The notes under the pieces: generated by a model
Databases searched by the model: none
What the model was told of the DNA's origin: nothing
What the model saw: only the letters and a program-made list of their open reading frames with translations
Shown here: positions 27,815 to 36,987 of the stretch, piece by piece
Position numbering within the stretch: position 1 is the stretch's first letter
Layout of the letters: each line of letters begins with the position of its first letter
Virus record (IMG/VR): IMGVR_UViG_3300028625_000001
Span: 50,725-114,724 of that record
DNA: 64,000 bases
Reading direction: 5' to 3' (one strand)
Source: a virus
Made by a program: the position numbers and the translations under genes

Positions 27815-28885
27815 ATGAAACGATACAGCAATATATATCCCCTGATATATGACTTCGAATCGTTGCTAACGGCGTATAGAAACGCGAGAAAACTCAAGAG
27901 ATACAGAAATGAGGTGCTTAAGTTCTCCGACAGGCTAGAAGAAAACCTTATTCTTATTCAAAATGAGCTTGTCTGGAAGACATATAAACAATCTCCTTAT
28001 AGAGAGTTCTTTGTAAACGAACCTAAAAGGAGATTGATTATGGCCCTGCCATTCAGAGATAGGGTCGTCCAGTGGTCTATTTATCAGAATCTTTCTCCGA
28101 TGCTTGAGAGGAAATATATCTCCGACAGCTATGCTTGCAGAAAAGGAAAAGGTGCGCATCAAGCTCTCGGCTGCTTACGGGAATGGCTCGGGAGTATTCC
28201 TGACCCAAAGAGATGGTATTACCTGAAACTGGATATTCATAAATACTTTTACCGAGTCAATCACAGAATACTTCTATCTATTTATGAGAAACATTTCCCT
28301 GACGAAGACCTCCTCTGGCTCCTTGAAAAGATTATCACGGCCAATGACGGGAATCTCGGCCTTGTTGACGGAAGCACGGATTATGACAATCGAATATGCG
28401 GCGTCGGGATGGCGGTCGGGAATCTTGTTTCTCAAATGAGTGCGAATGTCTATCTCAACGAGCTGGATCAGTTTGCAAAGAGAGAGCTTCAGATCCCGCA
28501 CTATACCAGGTATATGGATGATGTAATCTGCCTCTCGTCGAGCAAAAGACAGCTCCATGAATGGAGATGGGCGATGGAGGAATTTGTAGAGACGCGTCTG
28601 ACTCTTAGAAGTAACTCAAAGACCCAAATAAGGCCAGTCACAAACGGTATTGATTGGGTGGGTTACAGGCTCTGGCCAAACGTTGTCAGACTTAGGAAAA
28701 GCTCGGCTAAGAGGCTCAGGAGACGGTTAAAGTCTCTTAGGGATAAGTTTGTGAGCGGCACAATCACGTTTCAAGAGTTCGATAGTTCTTTCCAATCATA
28801 TATGGGAATGTTGAAGCACTGTTCAAGTGACGCTTTGAAAGAAAGCATCTGCGAGATGTTGGGAGGTCCGTTTTTATGGAGGTGA
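27815..28885 (+). CDS. DGR reverse transcriptase, 356 aa
   Basis: GAGGT SD. RT motifs include YMDDVICL and the DGR-typical GNLVSQMSANVYLNELD. It lies immediately downstream of the TR. Confidence 0.9.
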   Translation: MKRYSNIYPLIYDFESLLTAYRNARKLKRYRNEVLKFSDRLEENLILIQNELVWKTYKQSPYREFFVNEPKRRLIMALPFRDRVVQWSIYQNLSPMLERKYISDSYACRKGKGAHQALGCLREWLGSIPDPKRWYYLKLDIHKYFYRVNHRILLSIYEKHFPDEDLLWLLEKIITANDGNLGLVDGSTDYDNRICGVGMAVGNLVSQMSANVYLNELDQFAKRELQIPHYTRYMDDVICLSSSKRQLHEWRWAMEEFVETRLTLRSNSKTQIRPVTNGIDWVGYRLWPNVVRLRKSSAKRLRRRLKSLRDKFVSGTITFQEFDSSFQSYMGMLKHCSSDALKESICEMLGGPFLWR

Positions 28886-28888
28886 AAA

Positions 28889-30130
28889 ATGGCTTTTAGA
28901 CTCAATACGACTAAGTTTAACGCTTTAGCATGGATTGTTGCCGAGGATGCTTCAGAAGCATCTCTTTATATAGACGGAGTTTCTAATTATAGATCACTTA
29001 GTTCTGTTTTTAGAGATAAAGTGTCTGGGCAAATAATTTCCTATGATGCGATTTCCACTTTCCCATTTCTAGGTGGGCTTAAAACCAAAAGCGGATATAT
29101 TCACCCGACTGGTCTTCTCTCAGTAACTGCCCGAGATGACGATATCCCGTTTATTGGCATAAAGGGGTTTGGGCTAGAGGATAATACGATAAACCTGCTC
29201 GGGCATAATAACTACTCAACTGACTGGTCTTTATGGCCACACTTTGACCAACTAGAGCTTTGGAGTAATATTTCCCAAACAGAATCTCCAACATTGGGAA
29301 AAGTGTTTGTCGCTAACCCCGCCGCGCTAACAACTAGATTGTATACAGAAAACCTAGAAGACCTGACAGACACTAATCATGTTGCAAGTGTGTATATGCA
29401 AGCAAATAGAGCTATCGAAGTCGAGATGTATGCAACTTTAAACGACATCGAGAGCGATCATCAAACAATAGTCCTATCTCCCTCTTGGAAGAGAGTTCAA
29501 TTTCTATTAGAAAACAACGAGTCTATCTCCTCTGGAGTCTTATCGTTCTTTATTGTGACTCCTTCCATCAACGTTAGATTTATGGCGGCGAAACCTCAAT
29601 TAGAAGAAGGAGAATATGCTTCTTCATTCTGTATGTATGAAAAACCAAAAGACGCCATGTCTTACGGATTAAAATATGACATAGAGGAGCAAGGAACTAT
29701 ATCTTTCTGGCTTAAAAGTACAAAAGGAAACGAAAACGCTAACTTTTTCTCTATCTCGGAAGACACTAATTTATTATCTAATGCGATAAAACTAGACAAG
29801 GTGGCCATTCCCGCCGGAATCCGTTTATCTCAATATAAAGATAATGCGCCAGTTTCTGTCTTTTATCCATTCCCGCACAATAATGTTTATCACCATTACG
29901 CAATCACTTGGTCGGAAGCAAACGGGATTAAGCTTTTTATCGATGGAGATTTTATAGTTGTCATTCCGTATCGAATTATCCCTTTAACATCAATTGTTTT
30001 TGATAAACGAGGTAATAGGCTAATAGCCAACCTAAGAGTGGATAAGCGAGAAGTCCCCGCCGCGGAAATTGCAGAGTGGGCACAAATGGATAGACCATTT
30101 GCAGTGCCAAATAGAGTCCCCGTGTCGTAA
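28889..30130 (+). CDS. LamG/concanavalin-A-like lectin-domain protein, 413 aa
   Basis: GGAGGTGA SD. C-terminal pattern GTISFWLKS...NFFSI...YHHYAITWSEANGIKLFIDGDF is typical of the LamG jelly-roll. Confidence 0.6.
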   Translation: MAFRLNTTKFNALAWIVAEDASEASLYIDGVSNYRSLSSVFRDKVSGQIISYDAISTFPFLGGLKTKSGYIHPTGLLSVTARDDDIPFIGIKGFGLEDNTINLLGHNNYSTDWSLWPHFDQLELWSNISQTESPTLGKVFVANPAALTTRLYTENLEDLTDTNHVASVYMQANRAIEVEMYATLNDIESDHQTIVLSPSWKRVQFLLENNESISSGVLSFFIVTPSINVRFMAAKPQLEEGEYASSFCMYEKPKDAMSYGLKYDIEEQGTISFWLKSTKGNENANFFSISEDTNLLSNAIKLDKVAIPAGIRLSQYKDNAPVSVFYPFPHNNVYHHYAITWSEANGIKLFIDGDFIVVIPYRIIPLTSIVFDKRGNRLIANLRVDKREVPAAEIAEWAQMDRPFAVPNRVPVS

Positions 30131-30173
30131 GATCGGGGGCTCCTTCTCAATTCCAATTAAGGGGGGCTAAGAC

Positions 30174-31073
30174 TTGAATATATCACAGCTTATCGGAGAT
30201 AAACCCGTTACTAAGAAAGCTCCATGGGATCTCTATGACTTGAACGAAGAGATCCCGTATTTCTTCCCGAATATACCACCGGAACTAGACTATATAAACC
30301 TCTTTATCTTTGGAGACTGGCACGTCGAAGCTAATACGTCTGATTGGATTCTTCTGTCTTACATCGTCGAGTTACTAAAAGAACCTCATAACTATCTAAT
30401 AAATCCTGGAGATACCTTCGAGATTCCTTTTGATGACGACGTAGGCACTTTAATGGAGCAAAGAGTAACCACTACACAGGCATATCGGGTGACAAAACAT
30501 ATATTAGCCCCTGTCGCCGATAAGATTCTATTGATGATCGAGGGGAATCACCCGCGACGGGCACGTAAAAGAGCCGGTATAGATATTACAGGTATGCTAT
30601 GCGAAGATTTAGGTATTAACTATTCAAGAGGAAAGGCGGCAGCAACAATTCGCGTAGGGAAAAAGAGTAAGAATGGAAAACCGGCCGCTTATACTTTTGG
30701 AGTGAATCATGGGAGAGGCGGAGGAAGGACAGACGGAGCCAAAGCTCAGGCAAGGTTCTGGGAAAGTGTTACATGGGAAAACGTAGATGCGGTACTTATA
30801 GGCCATATACATACTCCTGGTTACGAATCGAGGGCTAGGGTCAAACCAGACCCACAGAATAAGAGCGTCAAGGCTAAAGAGTATATACAGATATCCGCTC
30901 CGTCCGCTATGAAGTTCGCCGAATATGCACAGACCGGCGGCTATTCCCCGCCGACTTTCAGGATTCCTATACTAAAGTTGAGCGGTAAGGAGAAAAAGAT
31001 CGATATCGAGTTTCCTGACTTTAACTCGGGGATTCGAGACTTCTACCAGAAGAACAAGAAATTCTTCAAGTAA
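30174..31073 (+). CDS. Calcineurin-like metallophosphoesterase, 299 aa
   Basis: TTG start 7 nt after AAGGGGGG. Ordered motifs GDWH, PGDTFE, EGNHP, NHGRGG and LIGHIHTP. Confidence 0.7.
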   Translation: MNISQLIGDKPVTKKAPWDLYDLNEEIPYFFPNIPPELDYINLFIFGDWHVEANTSDWILLSYIVELLKEPHNYLINPGDTFEIPFDDDVGTLMEQRVTTTQAYRVTKHILAPVADKILLMIEGNHPRRARKRAGIDITGMLCEDLGINYSRGKAAATIRVGKKSKNGKPAAYTFGVNHGRGGGRTDGAKAQARFWESVTWENVDAVLIGHIHTPGYESRARVKPDPQNKSVKAKEYIQISAPSAMKFAEYAQTGGYSPPTFRIPILKLSGKEKKIDIEFPDFNSGIRDFYQKNKKFFK

Positions 31074-31121
31074 TCCCTTTCAATCAACGGCGAAGGATAT
31101 TCTGTAAGGGGGATTAAAAAT

Positions 31122-31559
31122 ATGCCACTGACACAAGAAGACACGAAACAAGTAGAACAAATTGCAGAAATAGTGGCTACAAAGGTGGCCGCGGGTATGA
31201 TGAACCAGTATAAGACCGAAGCGACGGTTGAAGCTGCTGAAATGCGAAAAAGCATTAATAAACTAATAGATATGTTCAGCAATGGGCAATTAGAAGCTAA
31301 GATCGAGTCGTCTTTCAAAGCCAGCCTATCCGATCCGGTGTTTGAAAATAAACTTAAAGGCTTTGTAGACGGCAAGATAGAGAGTTCGGAAACAGCCAAA
31401 AAAATCCGCACTGTTGTGCGAGAAGAATTGAATAGCGAAGAGTATGAGCGGAAGATTAAAGGAATGATGGTTGCATACTTTTCTACTTCTATCTGGAAAT
31501 ACATCCTGACGATAGGGATCTCCGTTCTAGGGACTTTGCTGGTTCAATTCTTTATATAA
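31122..31559 (+). CDS. C-terminally membrane-anchored protein, 145 aa
   Basis: TAAGGGGGA SD. Helical body with a C-terminal hydrophobic segment (ILTIGISVLGTLLVQFFI). Confidence 0.6.
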   Translation: MPLTQEDTKQVEQIAEIVATKVAAGMMNQYKTEATVEAAEMRKSINKLIDMFSNGQLEAKIESSFKASLSDPVFENKLKGFVDGKIESSETAKKIRTVVREELNSEEYERKIKGMMVAYFSTSIWKYILTIGISVLGTLLVQFFI

Positions 31560-31574
31560 CGGAGGACAAAACAT

Positions 31575-31883
31575 ATGGACAATCTTTTAAGTTGGGCCCT
31601 TGGTGTGGCCCTTCCTGCATTGATAGTGTTTCTTCTTGAGAAGTTTGCACCAGGGAGTGCTGTAAAACTGATAAACAAATTTCTCTCCAGCACCATAAAA
31701 CAAAAGGGAGCCGTGAACAAGATCGAAAACGCGGTCGCTCTCAAGACTATGGATTTAGGTCTTGAGATGTATACATGTACTCCTGACACACCAGAGGAGA
31801 TAGACTCGGCTCTAACTTCCCTCGAAGACAAGAAACAAAAGCTCCTGGCACTGAAAGTTACCGCCGGGGAAAATCCCTCCTGA
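31575..31883 (+). CDS. N-terminal transmembrane protein (holin-like position), 102 aa
   Basis: GGAGGA SD. N-terminal TM segment LSWALGVALPALIVFLL. Ends at a TGA that is followed by an open in-frame extension. Confidence 0.6.
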   Translation: MDNLLSWALGVALPALIVFLLEKFAPGSAVKLINKFLSSTIKQKGAVNKIENAVALKTMDLGLEMYTCTPDTPEEIDSALTSLEDKKQKLLALKVTAGENPS

Positions 31884-32055
31884 AAGCAACACGTTACGGA
31901 ACTGACCGTAAAAACTGCCGTATCACTAGGGATAAAGGGAATCTTCTCCCTGCTCGTCAAGAAAAACACTTACGTAAATATTTTTCTCAAGGGCGTCGAA
32001 CTCCTACAGAAGCTAGGGCATTTGCCTAAGAACCTGTGGGACATTGTAAAAAAGT

Positions 32056-32081
32056 AAAGGGGGCAAAAGCCCCCTTTTTTT
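32056..32081. terminator. Bidirectional rho-independent terminator
   Basis: AAAGGGGGC-AAAA-GCCCCCTTT stem-loop, flanked by an A-run upstream and T7 downstream. It sits between convergent gene sets and overlaps the nrdG stop. Confidence 0.85.
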
Positions 32082-32772
32082 ATCTCACGATGACCTCTTG
32101 TAGCTTATGTAGCCCGTATTTGCTTTCATCCTTTAATTCCTCTGCAAGCTTTTTTATGTCGTTGTATGGAACGGTCTGATCTCCCGGCTGTGGGTTGTAT
32201 TGTTGTAGCACTATCCTCTTTGCCCACCCTAATATGGTGGTTATTTTATAGAACTCTTCAGGCGAGACGTATCCAGGATACATAGTTATCCTGAACTCAT
32301 AGTCTTTGGCATACTTTATGACTGTTTTGACTGATTGACACAGGTCATAGCCGCTCATTACTCTATCCGGTTGAAAAACCCCGTCGGAATAGATCTCCAT
32401 CGGTCCTTTGATGTCCATAGCCACATAGTCTATGAAGGGCAATATCTCCTTCAATATCTGAGTGTCGGAACCGTTAGTGTCTACCTTTATCAAAAGACCA
32501 GGGACTTCCTTTTTAATAGCCCAGATATACTTGAGTAGGTCTTTGTTTATTGTAGGCTCGCCGCCGGAGAACACGACGGCCTCAATCTTATTCTCCCGAC
32601 TCTTCAAGTAATCAAGAATCTCTATAAAAGGAACCTCTTCCCCACTACTATCCCAAAGATGTTTGTTGTGGCAATACTTACAGGCAAAATTACACCCGTA
32701 GGAAAAGATTGTTGTTGCTATCTTCCCCGGGTAATCCACCAGGCTTACTTTCTCGTACCCTGCTATCTTCAT
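32080..32772 (-). CDS. nrdG: Anaerobic ribonucleotide reductase activating protein (radical SAM), 230 aa
   Basis: CNFACKYCHN radical-SAM cluster motif near the N-terminus. The ATG at 32772 is preceded by GGGAGAGG. The longer track ORF (to 32937) is an out-of-frame run through the nrdD 3' end. Confidence 0.85.
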   Translation of the reverse strand: MKIAGYEKVSLVDYPGKIATTIFSYGCNFACKYCHNKHLWDSSGEEVPFIEILDYLKSRENKIEAVVFSGGEPTINKDLLKYIWAIKKEVPGLLIKVDTNGSDTQILKEILPFIDYVAMDIKGPMEIYSDGVFQPDRVMSGYDLCQSVKTVIKYAKDYEFRITMYPGYVSPEEFYKITTILGWAKRIVLQQYNPQPGDQTVPYNDIKKLAEELKDESKYGLHKLQEVIVR

Positions 32773-34585
32773 GTAACCTCTCCCTTCCCGGCAGGTAGGT
32801 TCTTCTTTCCTTAAATTCCTCCTGTTTCCCTTTGTTCCAGTTCTGAACTGGACGATAATATCCAGTAATCCTCGAATAGACTTCTGTCTCTCTCCCACAT
32901 ATAGGACATTCATATTGCTCGCCGTTGATATATCCATGATCTGGGCAAACAGAATACGTAGGTGAGATCGTTATATACGGGATTCGATAATTGGTAAGTA
33001 TTTTCCTTACCAATCCCATTGTAGTTCGCCAATCTGTTATCTTTTCCCCCAAGAAGGTATGAAAAACGGTACCGCCTGTATAAAGTGTCTGAAGTTCTTC
33101 CTGTAGGTCTAAAGCTTCGAATACATCGCTGGTGAAACCGACCGGCAAATGGGTTGAGTTAGTGTAATACGGATCTCTCTGTCCCGCGGTAATGATCTCG
33201 GGATATTTCATTTTGTCTATCCTGGCTAATCTATAAGCCGTAGACTCCGCGGGAGTCGCTTCGAGGTTATATAGATTCCCCGTGCTCTCCTGATAATCCC
33301 CCAGCTTAGTTCTCATGAAGTCTAAGACTCTGACGGCGAAAATCCTCGACTCCTCTTTATAGATCGGCTGCCTTACCCATTTAGCATTGAGACATGCTTC
33401 GTTCATTCCGACTAGTCCTATAGTCGAGAAGTGATTGTCATAATGCTGAAGATATCTCTTCGTGTATGGATACAACCCTCGCTGGTTAAACCGGTTTATT
33501 GTTTCTCTTTTTACTTCAAGGGAGTCTTTGGCTAGATTCATCAAAACGTCTAGTTTGTTGAAAAACTCCACTTCGTTTTCACTAAGATATGCTAGTCGCG
33601 GCAAATTGATGGTGACTACTCCAATAGACCCGGTAAAAGCATCCGACCCGAACAATCCCCCGCCTCGTCTCTTCAATTCTCGACGGTCTAGGGTCAATCT
33701 ACAACAAAGACTCCTTACATCGTCGGGATTAAGATCGGAGTTTATAAAGTTTTGGAAATAGGGGGTCCCATATTTGCCCGTTATTTCAAAAAGGAGCCGG
33801 GTGTTTTGGTTGTCCCAATCAAAATCTTTCCCGATATTGTACGTCGGGATAGGATATTGAAAGCCGCGGCCATTAGCGTCTCCTTCGTCGTATAGCTCCA
33901 GGAGAGCCCTATTTATCATATCCGATTCTCTTTGACAGGACCCATATGTAAAGCTTTGTTCTTTTCCGCCTATTATTGCCGGTTTCTCTTTATAGCTCTC
34001 TGGTATTGTCCAGTTAAGAGTTATGTTGGAAAAGGGAGATTGTGTCCCCCAGCGAGAGGGTGTATTCAGTCCGAATAGGAATGATTGTATGCACTGTTTG
34101 ACTTCTTTATAAGATAGGTTGTCTATCTTGACGAAGGGGGCAAGATAAGTGTCGAAACCGGAGAAAGCCTGCGCACCGGCCCATTCGTTTTGCATAATCC
34201 CCATAAAGTTGACCATCTGGTTTATAAGCGTGGATAAGTGTTTCGCCGGAGAGCTGGACAGTTTCTGAGAAACGCCGCCTAATCCTTCGCGTATGAGTTG
34301 TTCGAGGTCCCACCCGGCGCAATAACCCGAAAGCATTGAAAGGTCATGTATATGAAAGTCTCCATTCCTATGCGCATTGGCAATATCTTCGTTGTAAACC
34401 TTACCCAGCCAGTAATTAGCCGTCATTGCACCTGCTTCATGGAGGATAAGTCCTCCAATCGAGTAAGTGACAGTCGAACTTTCCTTAGTCCTCCAATCGG
34501 TTTCAGTCAAATAACCATCAATAACTTTTTCGACATCTATAGTCTTTTTGTCTTCCATAGAAAAAGTCGGCCCGTAGGCCGACAT
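32690..34585 (-). CDS. nrdD: Anaerobic (class III) ribonucleoside-triphosphate reductase, 631 aa
   Basis: GGGAGGTGA SD. C-terminal Zn-ribbon CPDHG...CPICG and glycyl-radical region SRITGYYRPVQNWNKGKQEEF. No ATP-cone seen. Confidence 0.88.
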   Translation of the reverse strand: MSAYGPTFSMEDKKTIDVEKVIDGYLTETDWRTKESSTVTYSIGGLILHEAGAMTANYWLGKVYNEDIANAHRNGDFHIHDLSMLSGYCAGWDLEQLIREGLGGVSQKLSSSPAKHLSTLINQMVNFMGIMQNEWAGAQAFSGFDTYLAPFVKIDNLSYKEVKQCIQSFLFGLNTPSRWGTQSPFSNITLNWTIPESYKEKPAIIGGKEQSFTYGSCQRESDMINRALLELYDEGDANGRGFQYPIPTYNIGKDFDWDNQNTRLLFEITGKYGTPYFQNFINSDLNPDDVRSLCCRLTLDRRELKRRGGGLFGSDAFTGSIGVVTINLPRLAYLSENEVEFFNKLDVLMNLAKDSLEVKRETINRFNQRGLYPYTKRYLQHYDNHFSTIGLVGMNEACLNAKWVRQPIYKEESRIFAVRVLDFMRTKLGDYQESTGNLYNLEATPAESTAYRLARIDKMKYPEIITAGQRDPYYTNSTHLPVGFTSDVFEALDLQEELQTLYTGGTVFHTFLGEKITDWRTTMGLVRKILTNYRIPYITISPTYSVCPDHGYINGEQYECPICGRETEVYSRITGYYRPVQNWNKGKQEEFKERRTYLPGRERLHEDSRVRESKPGGLPGEDSNNNLFLRV

Positions 34586-34624
34586 TCACCTCCCTGGGAT
34601 TTTATATTGTTTTGGTTAGGAGAA

Positions 34625-34909
34625 TCAACTAGGGACTATAACCGGATCAGCGACTTTCCGTTTCTCATAAGGAATACTCTTCACGAACTCCTTATAAGTC
34701 GCCAGGTTCTGTCCAGTCCTAATTTTGTTTAAAAGGTAGTCTACAAAAAGACTACATAATTCCCGGTTGGGGAATTGTTCTATGAGTCGGTCGTCCGCCA
34801 CCACAAAGGAGTCGTCTAATGCCGTCTTTCCCTCTCTTACTTCAAAGCCTCTTAATTGTGAGAAGTTAAAGCATTGTCCTTTCTTATTGTGATGCCACAT
34901 AACGATCAC
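34625..34909 (-). CDS. Hypothetical protein, 94 aa
   Basis: GTG start overlapping the upstream TGA (GTGA). In the co-directional array. Confidence 0.5.
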   Translation of the reverse strand: MIVMWHHNKKGQCFNFSQLRGFEVREGKTALDDSFVVADDRLIEQFPNRELCSLFVDYLLNKIRTGQNLATYKEFVKSIPYEKRKVADPVIVPS

Positions 34910-36081
34910 GTCTTCTTCTTTCGCATACTGATATACGGTTTGGAATATTTTATAGTGAAGATTTCTTCATCTGTAGTCCCTATTTTTCTTAGCAATGCAG
35001 CTACTATCTGGTCTGTGGTACTAGCTTCAGGGACGCCAAGTCGTTCCGCCGCGAGATTTGTGTTTATGGGTTTCATCTCTTTTTGATTTATAGAGAAGTT
35101 GTGCGTGTCCGTCGCAAAAGGTTTCCCACCGGCGTGTTCAATAAGTTGCTGTTGGAGTTCGCCAAGCTCCCTATCCAGCCAACCCGCTTTCAGCTTGTAT
35201 TGTATATATTTTTCAATAGGGCTGACTTCTTCTTTGATGTCGAAGTTGTACGCCGGACATTTCGCTTTATGCCCGCACCAGTAACAGAGATTGTCGGGAT
35301 TAGTCTCGAACGACTCTTCAGAATCTCCGAATAAAGTAACCAATGACCAAAGGTAGCTCAGGTACTCTTTGAAAATCTCCATCTGAGAATCGGAATATCT
35401 TGTCTCGACTCTTTTATCAAGCCAGAGATAATCGAGAGCAACCATTATGTTAGGAACTTGATCGAAAGAAAGGATGAAACTCTTATTCATCTCAGACAAA
35501 GGACCATAGAGATCAGTAACTACCTCTATCATTTTTTCTCTCTGCGCCATAGTCATCTTGGCTATTTCGGTTATGGCTAGTTGATACATCTTCAACTGGA
35601 TATCGTGTTTGATATCCTCGTCGGTCAAGGCAGTCTTCGAGGTCTTGAAGTCGTTTATGAGTAGATATCCGTCTTCTTGATATATCAAGTCGATCTTCCC
35701 GCCGACATTGACTCCGTTGTCGAGGGTTATCTCGAAGGGGAGTTCTACCGCCAAGCAACGTTCTTTACTATACTCGATCGGCCTCTGAAGAAGCGAGTAA
35801 GCTTTATGAAACGAGACCCAATCAGTGACCTTCAATCCAGTCATGTCTATTGACTGAGGAAGTTCTTCAGTCAGGTTCTTTTCCATATATTCATGGACCA
35901 GGGAGCCGATCAGTAAGGGACCGGTAGATTTCGATCTTTCTCTACTATCGTAATAGAACCTCCGCGGGCAAGTCGCAAGAGTCTTTACGTTGCTGGCAGT
36001 TAGATGTCTTACCACCCGACCATCATAGATTTTAGGATCTTCTACTATCTTATCTTCAGTTTCCAATACTTCTTCTTCCAT
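34906..36081 (-). CDS. PD-(D/E)XK nuclease, Cas4/AddB-like with Fe-S cysteines, 391 aa
   Basis: N-terminal CPRRFYYD, core GGKIDLIYQEDGYLLINDFKTSK (D...D/E-x-K) and C-terminal CYWCGHKAKCP. Confidence 0.75.
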   Translation of the reverse strand: MEEEVLETEDKIVEDPKIYDGRVVRHLTASNVKTLATCPRRFYYDSRERSKSTGPLLIGSLVHEYMEKNLTEELPQSIDMTGLKVTDWVSFHKAYSLLQRPIEYSKERCLAVELPFEITLDNGVNVGGKIDLIYQEDGYLLINDFKTSKTALTDEDIKHDIQLKMYQLAITEIAKMTMAQREKMIEVVTDLYGPLSEMNKSFILSFDQVPNIMVALDYLWLDKRVETRYSDSQMEIFKEYLSYLWSLVTLFGDSEESFETNPDNLCYWCGHKAKCPAYNFDIKEEVSPIEKYIQYKLKAGWLDRELGELQQQLIEHAGGKPFATDTHNFSINQKEMKPINTNLAAERLGVPEASTTDQIVAALLRKIGTTDEEIFTIKYSKPYISMRKKKT

Positions 36082-36656
36082 TACTCTTCTCCTTTTATCG
36101 AGTCATAAATTGCAATCACGTCTCTGTAATAAGGGGTATCGCCACGGCCACCCTGGTAACTGGCAATAGCCTGGTCGATGTCCCCGGCCCACCAATAAAC
36201 AGTCATCATATACATATAGCGGAAGGCCATTCTGGTCTGTAACTCTATATCTGAAAGCAAAGCCTCATGATATGGGAGTTGATTATAAGCCTCTTCTATA
36301 TCGTCGAAAAACATACAGAGATAATCGACTGCAACCTTCTGTATCTGGAAATATCCTATAGAGCCTCCGTCATCACCGGTGACGTTTTGCAAGGCAGTCT
36401 CTCTATATCCTACGGCAACCATTAGCAAGGGGTCTACCGTGCCGAATCGTCCGTATTCATCCAGAAGGGTCAGAGATATAATGATCGCGTTTTCCTCTGG
36501 TATGTCGGGGCTGAGTTCATATATAGAGTTGTATATATTAAGGAAACTACCTGGCAACACGGGGGAATCGGCACCGGCGAGAATTACGAAGACAAGAGCA
36601 AGGACAGTCCAGAACCGACTTATATTCAAGTATGCTCCTTCAGGAGTCCCCGCCAC
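36081..36656 (-). CDS. Lytic transglycosylase (SLT)-like protein with an N-terminal TM/signal anchor, 191 aa
   Basis: Hydrophobic N-terminus FWTVLALVFVILAG. YRETAL...GGSIGYFQIQ resembles the SLT catalytic Glu and GLMQ motifs. Confidence 0.5.
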   Translation of the reverse strand: MAGTPEGAYLNISRFWTVLALVFVILAGADSPVLPGSFLNIYNSIYELSPDIPEENAIIISLTLLDEYGRFGTVDPLLMVAVGYRETALQNVTGDDGGSIGYFQIQKVAVDYLCMFFDDIEEAYNQLPYHEALLSDIELQTRMAFRYMYMMTVYWWAGDIDQAIASYQGGRGDTPYYRDVIAIYDSIKGEE

Positions 36657-36979
36657 TCCATATAGCTCATCTTCCCAAAGATGAATATCTTAGCCGCCGT
36701 GGTTATTATCCCTATACCTAACCCATTGATAGATAAATGCGCACTGAACCCGTATTTCGCCCTTAACCTCACCAGGAAGAAAGGAGAGATACTTACTTTG
36801 TCTAAATTGCGGGTGTCGATTTCTTTTCCTTTGTGAGTTATAGAGAAGAGCCGTGTCCCTGGAGTAAAAGAGAGAACGAACTCTTCATCGGGTATTGTAA
36901 GGATATAGGCGTCGAGAGGTTGTTTTTGCAGAATGAACCCCGGCAAAGACTTAGGTTTCTGTTTTAGAAAATTGAACAT
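36626..36979 (-). CDS. Hypothetical protein, 117 aa
   Basis: ATG 36979 is preceded by AGGAGGTAAC. The longer track start lacks an SD. Confidence 0.55.
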   Translation of the reverse strand: MFNFLKQKPKSLPGFILQKQPLDAYILTIPDEEFVLSFTPGTRLFSITHKGKEIDTRNLDKVSISPFFLVRLRAKYGFSAHLSINGLGIGIITTAAKIFIFGKMSYMEWRGLLKEHT

Positions 36980-36987
36980 GTTACCTC

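Larger units (their letters stand above)
25962..28885 (+). mobile_element. Diversity-generating retroelement cassette (target-VR / avd / TR / RT)
   Basis: A 116-bp TR/VR repeat pair with adenine-specific mismatches, plus an Avd-like gene and a DGR-type reverse transcriptase in the canonical BPP-1-like order. Confidence 0.92.

Noticed and set aside
27610-27897. Minus-strand ORF across the TR, spacer and RT start
   Set aside because: It overlaps the non-coding TR and the RT start on the opposite strand and has no SD. The region is explained by the DGR RNA.
27815-28885. RT as a retron, group II intron or defence-associated RT
   Set aside because: The adjacent TR/VR pair with adenine-specific changes, the avd gene and the SQ...N motif all identify a DGR. 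No msr/msd-like inverted repeats or intron domains were seen.
32773-32937. N-terminal extension of nrdG; similarly dnaB 43881-44027 and dut 40392-40430
   Set aside because: The extensions are basic, low-complexity read-throughs of the upstream gene in another frame. Internal ATGs with strong SD sites give proteins starting at the canonical N-termini.
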